Of a stretch of 64,000 bases of DNA, positions 51,256 through 63,670 are shown piece after piece. Below the pieces are notes generated by a model. That model was given only the letters and a program-made list of their open reading frames with translations. It was not told where the DNA came from and did no database searches. Positions within the stretch are counted from its first letter, which is position 1. Each line of letters starts with the position of its first letter. This DNA is from Podospora anserina (taxonomy: Eukaryota). Where the stretch lies: positions 124,001 through 188,000 of the forward strand of contig CM030338.1 of NCBI GenBank assembly GCA_017654855.1. Direction: 5' to 3'. A program made the translations under genes and the position numbers.

Positions 51256-52809
51256 ATGGCATCTCCCGGCTCAGCCTCGTCAACAGGCGCACCTTTGCGG
51301 CCGATATCAACCCAAGGCCAAAAGCCGCCACCGTCAAGCTTCAATGCCGATAATGTTCCTGTCGAGGTGCTGGTCAAGCATTTGCTTGCCGCGAAGCAGT
51401 CGCTCTCTTCCATGGCGCTTGTGCTTCGCGCCAACGGCCTTTCCACCCATGCCCGCCAGATGCACGAGGAGTCGGTTGTCCTGAGCGCGCAGACGGCCTT
51501 CTTGCGCAGTGGCATCAACGACCAGATCTTCATCCTGCGACAGGTGCGCCGAAAGATGGTTTCCGTCTACAACAGCGGGCGCAAGGATTTTGACCGGCTT
51601 ATCCGCGCGCTGGACGGCGTCAATGGCCGGCTCGAGAAGACCATCCAGATGCTTCGTGATACGGTTGTGGAGCCTGCATTCCGCCCTCCAGGTGAAGAGA
51701 CCAGGTCGTTGATAGACTTTGTCGATGAGGGCCAGGTTGACATACTCCGAGAATCCTTAAAATCTAGCATAGCCGAGCTCAAAGTATGATGCCATCTGTT
51801 GCTCTGATATCCTTTCTCACTGTCCCGGTCACTAATGGTTGTCCTTGTGTAGGCCGCGCAAACCTCCTTCGACGGCGACCTCCTACGGTTCGAAGACGAT
51901 TTACGTTTTCTCAACAAACGTCTTCCGTGCGCGTCCTCGAACCCCTCCCCGTCTTCCTCGAGCTCCCACAACCAGATGCCCCAGCTCTTGAGCCAGCTCT
52001 CCGACCTCTCGCATTCCATGGCACAGCATCTCAGCTCCCTAACTCAGCATTTCGACATGTGCGTTACTGCCGTCCGGTCAACCGAGGGGGGCGTCGCTCT
52101 TGCTCGTCGCAGAGCCGCAGAAACAACCGAGGACAGCGGAGATCCCGTCTCCATCTCCGGCGTAATTACAGAGCAGGAATCTCGCATGGCCGAGCTCGAG
52201 CCAATGGATCCCCACGAGAGGGCCGAGATAATACAAGTCGTCTTGGAAGATTCGCCTCAGGTGGAGGAAGTTGTTTCGGACATACAGAATGTGCTGCAGC
52301 GCATGGAGGACGTCTTTGGAGCACTGAAAGACCAAGCCGACACAATTCGCGCCGAACATGTGTCTACTGTCAATGCGTTCGCACTGCTGGAGGATATCGG
52401 AGCCAAATTGCCGAGTTATGTTGGTGCCGAGGACGAATTTGTACAACGTTGGGAGGGAGAAAAGGAAACAATCTTTGAAAAGATGGATGAGATGGAGCGC
52501 CTGAAGGAGTTTTATGAGGGGTACTTGACTTCCTATGACCGACTGAGGGAGGAGGCAGACAGACGAAGGGTTGTAGAGGACAAGATTGCCAATACCTGGC
52601 GCAAGGCGAAGGAGATTGTGGATGATTTGCTAAGAGCAGACCAGGCTAAGCGAGAGCTCTTCCGGCAGGAAGATGGAGAGTTCCTGCCTACGGATCTATG
52701 GCCAGGAATGAACGACCCGCCCAAACGATGGGAGGTGGTGCCGGTGGAAGAGGAGCCAAGCACGCCTCGACCTGCCAAGGCACAACCAAATGTTATGAGG
52801 AATAGCTAA
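51256..52809 (+). CDS. ATG17: Autophagy scaffold protein Atg17
   Basis: Motifs LVKHLLAAKQSLS, LRDTVVE..FRP..E...SLIDFVDE, MAQHLSSLTQHFDMC and GEFLPTDLWPG. Intron 51784-51852. Confidence 0.9.
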
Positions 52810-53786
52810 GATTTTGCTTTTGGTTTATTCCAGATATTGTTTTTAAGCGGGGAGGAATGGTATCTCAAGTAGCTAGGCGTTGGTTGGGTGTTGGTTTCGG
52901 GATACCCGGACTTGTATCTTTTTTTGTTATCAACATGGCCAGTGATAGGAGATCTGTGATTATACCTACGCAACATGCTGTCTTTAATCTGACTTCCTTG
53001 TCGCTACACAAGTTTACACGCGTCGGACAGTTGAACGTCTTGAGGATGGACAAAGTCATCTTGGCTTATACTCAGGAGTGGATCTCTAGCAAATATTGAT
53101 GCGACTCATAAGAGACGGGACCACAGTGTATTCAGGGTCTCATATTGGAGGTTGCAAACGCTTCGCATGGAACTGCTGCTAATACTTGCCAGAGAGGCCT
53201 ATGAACTTGCTATACTCCGCCAAATCCTTTGCCATACACTATTAACACCCTCATCATGCCTTTCGTGATGTGCGTGAGTGGGTGGGTGACGTTGAATTGT
53301 GGGGCCACAGAGAGTACATAGACAGCATCCAAACTCAAGTGGGGCCAATGCCAACCCAAACGCTCGGGTCGAAACATGCATGGCGAAGGTCTTGGCGGCT
53401 GGTTCCACCAAAAGGTTGCTGTCGGAAACTAAAGATGTGGTTAATTTCTGATCAAAATTTCCAAAACTTCCAGAACGGTATAGTAAGTAAAAAGAAGGAT
53501 TCTTTTTTTAAGGGCACCCTAACCCTAGCTTTTTCCTACTTTTTCGCCCTAGCACCTTTTTTACCTCAGCAAATTTAGCTTAAAAGCATACGTAAATACT
53601 ACGAAAATTAAACTTTTAGCGTATACTATAACGGAAAATACTTTAAATTTAAAAAAAAAGTTTAATTTTAGTAAAAATTATAATAAATTTATAAATGTTT
53701 TCTTTTACCTTTTTATTAGCGGCTTTTTAAAGTACTTTTTTAAATATACAATACTTATTAATTAATAATAATTATAATAGTAATAA

Positions 53787-54685
53787 TGTTACAGTTAACC
53801 CAACAGCAGGCCGCGCCACATGTGGGGCGCAGGATGTCCCTAGCCAATCATTAGAGAAGTGAGGAGACAGCCAATCAGGGCTGGACGAAAGCGCTATGGC
53901 GCCAAGACACACGAGCACTCTGCAGGATGCAAGATGCTACGAGTGATCAGAGGCATAGCACGACGAGCACTTTGCAGGATGCAATGTGCTATGGGTAATC
54001 GGGGCCGTAGCAGGGCGAGCACCTCAGGGCCCCAGGATCTATATATACGGAGGAACTGGCTGGTGTAGATAGATAGTTCCGCAGTATGCAATCCACAATT
54101 GTATTCACGGTATCTTGTGTTTACATTGAGACATCTTGTTGTGCACTGTCTAGTGTCACAGTTAACCCAACGGCAGGTCGCGCCACATGTGGGGCGCAGG
54201 TCGCCCCTAGCCAATCATTAAGGAAGCCAGGGAACAAGCCAATCAGGCCAGGACAAAAGTGCTATGGCGCCAAGGCTCACGAGCAGTCTACAGGATGCAA
54301 GATACTAAGGGTGATCAGAGGCATAGCACGACGAGCACGTTGCAGGATGCAATGTGCTAGGGGTGATCGGGGCCATAGTAGGGTGAGCACCTCACGGTCC
54401 CAAGGTCTATATATACGGAGGAACTGGCTGGTGTAGATAGATAGTTCCGCAGTATACAATGACAAGTCACAATCGTGGTATCTTAGCTATTGTGATCGAG
54501 ACAAGCCATTTGTTATGCACTATTTAGCTGCACTGAACCAGGATTATTTAGAAGTTACCTTTAACTAGTATCCCTTTCAGAGGTTCTGGATAGGGGTTCG
54601 TCATATCTAGCTGCACCGAACCAATTATCAGAAATTACCTTTAACCCGTATCCCTTTTAGAGGTTCTATATAAGGGTTCGTCACA
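53787..54685 (+). mobile_element. Solo LTR, family A copy 1 (~442 bp net), interrupted by copy 2
   Basis: Starts TGTTACAG and ends TTCGTCACA. 5-bp TSD AATAA at 53782-53786 and 54686-54690. Confidence 0.9.
54154..54605 (+). mobile_element. Solo LTR, family A copy 2 (452 bp), nested inside copy 1
   Basis: Starts TGTCACAG and ends TTCGTCATA (CA>TA, RIP-type). TSD TCTAG at 54149-54153 and 54606-54610. Colinear with copy 1. Confidence 0.9.
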
Positions 54686-55042
54686 AATAATTATTAAAAG
54701 TAATTAATATTTTTAGCTTTTACTTTAATATAAACTACTTATATATAACTTTATTAATATTATACTAAGCTATTTTAATATTAATAATATTATATTAAAG
54801 TAGATTTATATAAAAATAATAAAAGTAATAATAGAATTATAAGATTTTATAAGTTTATTTCGTTATTATTAGGCTAAGTAATAGAGTTAAAAAAAATAAG
54901 CCTTATCTCTAATAGGGCTAGGGATAATGTAGTAAAAGTAATAATTTTAATAAAGTTCCATTTCATAATATCCTTAGTCGGAACCTACTGGCGCCTAAAG
55001 CTCCCGTCCTGATAAAGCTATAGAAATAAAAGCATAGGTAAG

Positions 55043-55751
55043 TGTGACGAACCTTTATATAAAACCTCTAAAAGGGATACGGGTTAAAGGTAACTTATTA
55101 CGCCCTAAGTATAATAACCCCGTGAAGGAACCACTGGGTGGTTCCCGAGGTGCTGGGATACCTTAGCCAATCATTGGGCCAGGGATAAGAAGACCTATAA
55201 AGTCCCTATGTAACTAATCAGGAGGTGCTTAGTTTGATTAGTGGCCAAGACCACTGAGTATACTGAGCATATCGATTATGAAAGATTGCTTAGTCTGCTT
55301 AGCCGCTAAGACCATTAAGCACACTAAGTAAGGTATAAAGATATTTCAGAAATATATATAGATAGCTGCACATAAATAGGAAGGAGCGCCTAGCGCTCTC
55401 CGTGTCGAGGAATCTGACTCCTCACGTAAGTAATTAAGTTTATTTATCTATAATCTACTCGTAAGTAGTTCTTTGTAGAACGACCTGTTGTTGACAATAA
55501 ACCCCTTGTCTGAGACGCTTGTCACAACCTTCGATTATCCTGTCATATTCACCTCTGGCGTACTGCCTTGCAGTCTGTATCCATTCCCGGTGCAGGTTGT
55601 AACATAACTTCTGATAATTGGTTCGGTGCAGCTAAACAGTGCACAACAAGATGTCTCAATGTAAACACAAGATACCGTGAATACAATTGTGAATTGCATA
55701 CTGCGGAACTGTCTATCTACACTAGCCAGTTCCTCCGTATATATAGACCTG
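55043..55751 (-). mobile_element. Family A LTR copy 3, inverted and truncated, interrupted by a family B LTR
   Basis: 55043-55095 and 55610-~55751 are the reverse complement of the distal ~190 bp of copy 1 (TGTGACGAACC...; ...CCGTATATATAGACC). Confidence 0.88.
55096..55604. mobile_element. Solo LTR, family B (509 bp), inserted in family A copy 3
   Basis: Termini TATTAC (RIP-altered TGTTAC) and GTAACA. TSD TAACT at 55091-55095 and 55605-55609. Confidence 0.85.
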
Positions 55752-55752
55752 T

Positions 55753-55850
55753 TTATCACTATTATCACTAGTGATAATGTCGATTATCACTCGTCGTTCA
55801 CCGAAGGCTGGTGATAATCGCGATTATCACCCTTGGCGCTAGTGATAATC
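55753..55850. repeat. Cluster of seven TTATCAC/GTGATAA motifs forming two perfect palindromes
   Basis: ATTATCACTAGTGATAAT at 55761-55778 and GGTGATAATCGCGATTATCACC at 55810-55831, plus three more copies. Confidence 0.85.
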
Positions 55851-56196
55851 TGACTTCCCCACTTTTCCGTTCCTAGTGGTTGGACGGGTCGCGCCCCGCG
55901 CTCCCCACTTATGTCAGGTCCGTGACAGTAAGAGATGCTGAGCTCTCTTTCAGCCGCAGACCACTAACGGCTTGTCAACCATGACCTCGAGGCTTGTCCC
56001 GACACGGTGCATCTGGGCGCCCTCACTTTATCCCGTCCATGCCTACTTATTGAAAACGGATGGCGTATGGACCTTGTTCACGTCCGGCAGCCAGTCGGGC
56101 AGACTGGACATAAAGGCCCTTTTTACTGCTCTTTGGCGCGTAATTCTTCCACCGCTAATCTCATCCCCTTCTTGTTGACTACCCCTGACATCCATC

Positions 56197-57779
56197 ATGG
56201 CGGCAGCACCATGTTTCCCGGCGACACTGACGCCCTTGCCAGCTCCAACAACAGATCGAACCGACATTGCCCCCCTGAGAGCCATGCTTCGACGGCAATA
56301 TGACAATAGGACCATGACCACCACTTCCGGGGCGGCGACCACCGCCATGACAATAGCAATTACCACAGACGACAACCATTCTTGCACTGTTAGCCAGCTG
56401 TCCCAGTCAACCTTCACGCCACTGTCCTAATGCCTAGGAACAGAGCTTCAATGGCTTCTCTACCTGCAGCTCAGCAGGTGATTACGGGGCTTGTTTTGCC
56501 AGCTCCTCCACAGATCACTGTAACTGCAATAACGGCATACAGTATCTTGAGTGCGTCTCCGTTGCCCTTGCTACGTCCAGCTGTTGGTGAGCGGTAGGCG
56601 GTGAGCCTAACTGGGAGGCCTACGAACAGTCCTGGTTCCAGAATGCATGCCCAGCACCTCCCAGCAGTGTGATGGCACAGCTACCTCAGCCGTATGCTCC
56701 TTATTTGTTCCCGGAATGTTCAATCTGGATCGCTGACAGGAAGCAGTTCAACAGTTCAACTCGAACTAAGCCCCGTCTCAACCATAATTTCCCCTGGACC
56801 TATTACTGCTCCCCCACTCCCTGTAGCCCCAAGCATCATCCTAGGCGAAGGGGCACCCTTGCTCGAAGGCGACTGCACCGCGACTTCGTTCTCCATGATA
56901 CAAGGTGATGACAAGGTGTTTTATGTTCCTTTCATCGGCTGCGACAACTCGAGACCGGAGTGTTGTCCATTCAGTGTTCGCACAGTCGCCGTTGCTGATG
57001 GCAGCAAACAACAAGCGAACCGTATGGCGGCCGTTCCCGGGCAGTTTCCACAACCTCAGTCAGGAGACACTGCGAAATTGGTGAAATGTCCTATGGACTA
57101 TTACAGCGTTCCTAGAGGATTATGTTGCCCAAAGTGAGTTGACAAACCTTTTAGTCTGTCTTCAACGGTTATATTAACAGTGAGACCCAGCGGTTACTTC
57201 AAGTTCACATCTACCTTGGCCAGTGCAACCCCTTTTTTCAGCTCCTTAATTGAAAAGGCCTCCCCGCCTGTGATAACGGCAGGTGACGCGAAGAATCCCG
57301 CCAACTCTGATTTCCCGACGTCGGCAATCTTAAATGCGGCCTGGGCGATTGGGTATAGCCTTAGGGTGTCACAGGCAGGAGGCTCCAATAGCTTGTCGCC
57401 AGGCGCCGTAGTAGAGATTGCGGTTAGAGTTGGGATGCTAGTCCTACTTGGAGCCTTGGTTGCGTTTGCACTGGTGAGTCATAAAAAGAAGAAGAGGGAG
57501 GCTCAAAGTTTTAGTGGTCCAACTGTGGCACCAGGTGGAGGAGGGATGGCACACCAGTCTGGGTATCATGCTCCACCGGGCAGTCCGCCACCTGCCTCAA
57601 CTGCTTCACCAGCAGGAAGTCCAGGCGCCAAGTACGCAGGGATAGTATCATCACAATACGCCCCCAATGCTGTCAATGCTGCTGCTAGTGGCGGCGGTCA
57701 GGAAGATGGCAAGAGCAACGACCTCTTTATCCGTCTCGCCTGCGTATGGACATGGGTGGCAACAACATCCAGTTTATGA
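56197..57779 (+). pseudogene. Decayed S/T-rich, Cys-containing single-pass membrane protein gene
   Basis: Fragments STFTPLS*C, FIGCDNSRPECCPF, CPMDYY...CCP|NGY (across an intron) and a TM segment followed by KKKKR. Stops and frameshifts disrupt the 5' half. Confidence 0.5.
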
Positions 57780-58356
57780 TGGGCACACACATCAATGGGA
57801 ATGGCAACGTGAACAACACCAGCAACAAGGGCACACTTATGAACCATATCGTCGATACCAACTAGAATGTCACTGTTTCTCAGTTCCTTGGCGCTTTGAG
57901 CACCATGGTCTTATATATGAAAGCCCGGACGGACGGAACATGGTCTTAGGAATGAATAGTCCAAAAACTTGTTGAATTTCGAAACTTGACATTTAGTCGC
58001 CCTACCTTCCCACATTCCTGTCAGCAGTTTGAAATGGGCGTGAGAGTGGAGTCTCCACTTCTGCCATCCAAGAGCTTCGTGATCCTTTCAAGCACTCCGC
58101 GAGCCAACGTCATGCACCAACATTACAACCTGTTGGTTGCAGCCAAGAAGCCAACTCGGACCGCCCTGCCAATATGCTGATTAATGTTGTTGATGACAAA
58201 ACAGGATTTCACTAACGGAAGCTTCTTGATCCTCTTTCTCGATTTTATAAAGGTGTAATTTTCCAGGTGTCAGCGGACTATAGCGTTCCACTTCCACTCT
58301 TCAGTGAACTTCGTTACCTAGCCTGTCAGCAAGGCCACAAGGCACATCTTTCCAAC

Positions 58357-58881
58357 ATGAACAACTCAGACCCATCTTCCAAGCCAGTCTTCTTCACTTA
58401 CCCCGGCCAGGGAGAAGCATTGTCCAACGGGTTCCACTACAGCCAAGCGGTCCGCATTGGAAATCGAATCGAGATATCCGGCCAAGGTACGTCCAGGACT
58501 GAGGCCTCTCACTTTGATAGACATGATCTGACACGAGAGCCGTCCCCGGATTCAGGTGGTTGGGACCCAGCCAGCGGAGCCATCCCTTCCTCTCTCACCA
58601 AAGAAATCGAGCAGGCATTCTCCAACGTCGAGTTGGCTCTCCAGGCGGCATCTCCCGACCCCAGCAAGAAGATCACCTGGCGCCAGGTGTACTCGGCTCG
58701 CTCTTTCAACACGCCGGCCAGCTTGACAGAGGAAGGCCTTGCAGCTACCGCGGCCGCACTCAGGAAGTTCTGTGGACCAGACCATCGGCCTCTTCTCACT
58801 GCTGTCGGAACACCACAACTTGCGCTCCCGGGAATGAATATTGAGATCGAGGTTGTGGCTTTGGTGGATCTGAATAACTAA
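58357..58881 (+). CDS. RidA/YjgF/YER057c-family protein
   Basis: Motifs FHYSQAVRIGNRIEISGQG|GWD, EIEQAFSNVELAL and HRPLLTAVG..LALPGMNIEIEV. In-frame intron 58487-58555. Confidence 0.9.
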   Translation: MNNSDPSSKPVFFTYPGQGEALSNGFHYSQAVRIGNRIEISGQGTSRTEASHFDRHDLTREPSPDSGGWDPASGAIPSSLTKEIEQAFSNVELALQAASPDPSKKITWRQVYSARSFNTPASLTEEGLAATAAALRKFCGPDHRPLLTAVGTPQLALPGMNIEIEVVALVDLNN

Positions 58882-60147
58882 ACCATGTGTCGGGCTCAGA
58901 TAAGGTTCTTACTTGGGGAGGCGAAATAGAAGAGTATACTGTGTGTTTTGAACTGTAGCTTCCAGTCTCCAATGCTCCGGCTACGAAAACAGATGACAGA
59001 GGCGGGGGGCCATGCTGTATGACAGCATCCTTGGCTGAGTTGTCAACAAGCAGTGAAGCACTTCCAGGGGGAACAGATAGATTACTTCCCTATGACACGA
59101 TAATGAGCAAAGGACAGCTGCGGGTGACAACAGCTTTTGTGTAGGTAAGGTAACTTTGCGTTACTGTTCGGAGCAGCTTGACGCACGGTGGAGGTGGCAT
59201 TTGCGTGCAGTGCCGATCTATGCAGGCCGCGAGGAACAGGTATTGTTGAAAATAGCTGACACAAAAAAGATCGATGAGGAATGGCCAAATGGTCGAACCG
59301 GTGGAGTTTAATGTCTTCAGGGGGAGGGGGGAGCTACGAGATGCACTACTTACCCCGCATCATTCAATGTGAAGTGGAGGAGGAGCCGAGGCTCGTCGAT
59401 GACGATTTCTCCATCTGTTATTTGGCCATCAGCCTTGGGAGCTCTCGGCTGAGACGAGTACCTACCTAGTAGACGAGCGGCTGGAAGAAGTTGGTAAGTT
59501 CGGATGAGATGATGACTGGTACATCATGATGATAAAGATGATGATGCTGAATTCTGCTAGGCCTAATCGCCGATGCTATGCTTTGTAATGCAGCTTCGTT
59601 TTGAGATCAAAATAGAGTTGGCCGCGGCCCCACAGTCACCCCCCTTCCCCGCAAAAACTCCAAACTGACGGGCTCGGCGGAGTTCGACAACAACCGTCTC
59701 CAACTGACTGTTTTGATATCAGGATATCACAATATACTGTGTAGGTATACCACCAAATACTACGAAAATGTCCCCGTGGGCTCCTGCGATACTACCTAGC
59801 ACCAACAAGAAGTACGACCCCTCACCTCATGCACTTCATCAATCCCGTCAGGTCCCTTTTGCGCCGGGTTATCTCCGCGTCGGCAATGACGGCAAGCTCC
59901 AAGCTGCTGTTGCTCGACATGGATGTTCAAGTGCTTTTGTTGGTGGGCCAGTGATTGTGCAACTAATTCCTGCATGGAAAGGCGCAAATCGACTTCAACG
60001 CCCCCCTGTCAGTCAAGCTTAATCAAAACCGACCACATGCCCACGCTCTTCATCCCTCTATTTCTTGGCTCCCATCTTCAACTGAGCCGCAGGAGTCCAG
60101 CATGAGACTTTGCATGTTCCATCTTCCCTCACCCCCATTTAGACGAA

Positions 60148-62123
60148 ATGGATGAAAAGGCCGCCCGCCAAAGCCGAGAGCAATCGACATCAGCGCCAGC
60201 CACGCTCGCCGCCGAACCGCCATCCTCGGGCTCTAGTGCTTCCTCGGTGGGTCACAAGAGGGAAGCAACTTCTTCTCCAGTTGGATTACCTCCTCAAAAG
60301 TCATTCGACTCTGGAGATGATGGTCAAAGCCGCGCCATCCATCCCGATATCGACCATGAAGAGGCAGAAGCAGCGGATCCTGGCCATGAGCTTGATGTCG
60401 AACTTGGCAGAGTAAGTCCACCTCACCGCCTTGTATTATGGTGTTAACCTTCCCAGGCGCACGGCATAGAAGACATCAGGCGCATCGAAACTCGTGGCAG
60501 CGTCAAAAGCAAGGTTTCCCGAGTTTTGAGCGTCGTCAGCCGCCGCAAGGCCAAGGAGCGTGAACGAATCCCCTTTGCCCCCGTACCCGTCACCAATCTT
60601 GACCAAGGCATTGTCGGCTGGGAAGGTCAGGATGACCCATTGATGCCGCTCAACTTTCCTAACCGCAAGAAATACCTTATCCTCTGCCTGCTCTCAGCCA
60701 TCACCCTGTTGACACCCTTCGCATCGTCAATTTTGGCCCCGGGTATCACCTATTTGAACCGAGATTTTGAAAATGACAACGAGATTGTGGGCGCCATGAC
60801 AGTTAGCGTGTATCTGCTTGGCTATACCGTCGGCCCATTGTTCCTGGCGCCGTTGAGTGAAATATATGGGCGGAGGGTTGTTTTGAGTGCCGCAAACTGG
60901 TTCTTTTGCGCCTGGCAGATTGGTTGCGCCTTGGCGCCGACGATTGAGTCACTAATAGTGTTTCGATTCCTCGCTGGCGTGGGTGGTGCTGGATGCTTGG
61001 TAAGTCTCGACTTGGGAAAAGACGATGGTCGTGCGCTCGTTGCTGATGACTGACTCTTCCCAGACACTCGGGGCAGGCATCATTGCCGACATGTTCAGGA
61101 CAGATGAAAGAGGATTCGCAATAGGCATTGTAACCTTGGGGCCTTTGATCGGTTGGTGCACGCATTTGGGGTAACGTGGATAGCAACAGGGTTTGGCTAA
61201 CTTTGTCTCCAGGCCCAACTGTTGGCCCCGTCATTGGTGGCTTCGTATCTCAAACTATCGGGTGGCGCTGGGATTTCTGGATCGTGCTGATCATATCCGT
61301 CGTGGTATGCGGGCTTACAGAGCTCTTCAACCAGGAAACGAACCCTCGCGTTTTGATTGAGCGGAAGGTGAAGCGGCTCGCCTCGGAGTCGGGCCGGAAA
61401 GATCTGAGGAGCTGTTTCGAGACCGGAGAGCAGATGAGCCAGAAGCGTATTCTTCTCAATGGTCTTGTGCGGCCGACCAAGATGCTCTTCCTGTCACCGC
61501 TCGTCTTTTTCGTCTCCATTTACATCGCCTTCACCTATGGTACGCTGTATCTGCTCTTCACCACTATTCCCCTCGTGTTCCAGGAGACTTATGGCTGGAG
61601 CATCGGCATAACGGGCCTCATCTACATTTGTCTGGGCATTGGAAACATGTGCGGGTGGGCGGTTGTCACGGCCACCTCAGACAAGGGTGTTGTTCGGCGT
61701 ACCAAGCAGAACAACGGGGTGTTCGAACCAGAGATGCGTCTTTCGCTGAGTATATGGGCCAGCACGTTGCTGCCCATCACCTTCTTCTGGTACGGCTGGA
61801 CGACACACTATCACACGCACTGGATCGTGCCAGTTATTGCCCTGTTCCCTTTTTCGTTTGGAATCATTGGAATCTTCATCCCTCTGACGACATACCTCAT
61901 CGACTGTTATCCAATATACGCTGCATCAGCTATAGCAGCCAACACGGTCGCCCGCAGCTTGGCCGGGATGTTGCTTCCACTTGCCGGGCCGTCCATGTAC
62001 GAGAATCTTGGATTGGGTTGGGGCAATTCGTTACTTGGGTTCATCTGCATTCTCATGATTCCCGTACCGCTATTGCTCGGCAGGTATGGGGCAAGGTTGA
62101 GAAAGATGGGCCTCCAGTTGTAG
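60148..62123 (+). CDS. MFS transporter, DHA1 drug:H+ antiporter family
   Basis: Motifs VGWEGQDDPLMPLNF, GPLFLAPLSEIYGRR, GPTVGPVIGGF..WRW, PEMRL, YAASAIAA and LGWGNSLLG. Three introns. Confidence 0.95.
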
Positions 62124-63670
62124 ACCAGGAATTTTGGGTAACGATATCACTTCGGGCGCGGTTCCGCCAAGTTGGCAGATGGCTTCAGCGGTGTTGGGTT
62201 GCACTGTTATACATGCCCGTGTTGCATCTCGAGGAGTTTAGGTTACCGGTAGGTTGTTGACATGGCGAGATTTTGTTTTTCTTTTTCGAATCGTAGCTAG
62301 CTAGGTAGACATTTGACTTTGAAGGTTTAAAGTTTGTTGGGCCATTTCTCTCAAATTTTCAAGTCAACATATCATGGGGCCCCGAGACAGACAGTCACCA
62401 CAGCAGCATACCTGTTGTTTGTTAGGAGCCATACCCATTCTTTTAATCGGTGGCACAGAAGCATCAATACTTACCCGGCAATGGCAGCGGCAATCTCAAA
62501 TGTTCTCGCTTTGGTCATAGCGGTAACAAGGAGAACAAAACCGGAAATCGAACCGCAAACAACTGCGAGGCGACCCTCTTACATTTCCTGCCGCTTGACA
62601 AGATCTGGACCATGATAAAGCGTGCTCCCTGCGATCGAAGCCATGTTTAGCTCAGAATTCTTCGTCCCGTCAAACTGGGTGCAAAGCATCGCGATGGGCT
62701 TGACAATCATCGACCACCCACGGACCAGAGTCGTCAAAGGCGATGAGGTTGGACCTCGAACCGCCGAGACTTTTCCGGGATATGATGATGACGACGAGCA
62801 TGAAGCGGTCGAGACTGTGTTGAGCGGGACACACTCTTCCTTGACATAAAGACCAACAGCGACACGACCAAAGCATCAAGCACGACAAGCTCAAGCGCAT
62901 CAATGCTCCTCCCACCTGCACGATCTTTTGAAGTGCAACGAGATCAACCTGGAAGGTGGGCACCTTATTTGTTCTGAGCAAGGCCGGATCAGAAAACCTT
63001 ATGCTGACATGATTTCAAACAGAAGACTTGACAGCATGAAAAAGTTGAGTAGCTGATAGACATGGACAAGAATCAACCATGTTCTGCTGGCAGATATACT
63101 TTCCATGCGTTGAGCACTGAAGATGAGTCGATCACGGATCAACGGAGACGGAGCGGGCCGTGGACCGGCTACTGGCTGTTGCGTACAGGGGTCCATTACC
63201 GACAGCTTAGTGGCCTCCAGGGTCATGAGGGTCAGCAGATGCAAGGATGGCCCGACACAACGGCCAATAACACACGGCAAAAGGAAAAATACATTCTCCA
63301 TGCAACCATCACAGCTGCATTGTGGGTGAATTGGGACGTCCCGGGAGATGGTTTGATGCCTTTTGGCATTTTATCCCGGGTGGGGATTGCAACTGCAGTG
63401 CGCCATTTCCCGGAGACATGGCACTAGGTGGAGTGCCCTGAACCCAGACATCGTGGAGGCATAAGTAAACAATTTAACCTCACTTTGGACTGTCAGATGC
63501 ATCTCAGCTTTGCTACCCCAACTCCCTTTTGATACCCCAAAACTTGCTGCCGGCCATCCACAAAGCCTCAGTACCTACCTACTCCAGGCCGTCGACACCA
63601 TCTTACAAACACTACACCTTACGGCACTTATCGACACCGTCAACATCGAAAAACACTGCCAACGATCAAC

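Larger units (their letters stand above)
53430..55042. mobile_element. Heavily RIP-mutated AT-rich repeat relic hosting nested solo LTRs
   Basis: Abrupt AT-richness with TpA excess and CpA/TpG depletion at about 53430-53786 and 54686-55042. Boundaries are approximate and the family is not identifiable by eye. Confidence 0.65.

Noticed and set aside
53516-53530. CCCTAACCCTAG telomere-like motif
   Set aside because: Only about two units, inside a RIPped repeat relic; not a telomeric tract.
53859-54465. Duplicated ORFs (CKMLRVIRGIARRA...)
   Set aside because: Translation artefacts of two copies of the same solo LTR.
53400-55900. Possible boundary of a giant Starship-type transposon
   Set aside because: No tyrosine-recombinase (captain) gene is adjacent and I see no convincing boundary direct repeat; the island is explained by solo LTRs and a RIPped relic.
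62600-63430. Hydrophobic ORF fragments between the MFS and OsmC genes
   Set aside because: No consistent frame, splice model or recognisable motif.
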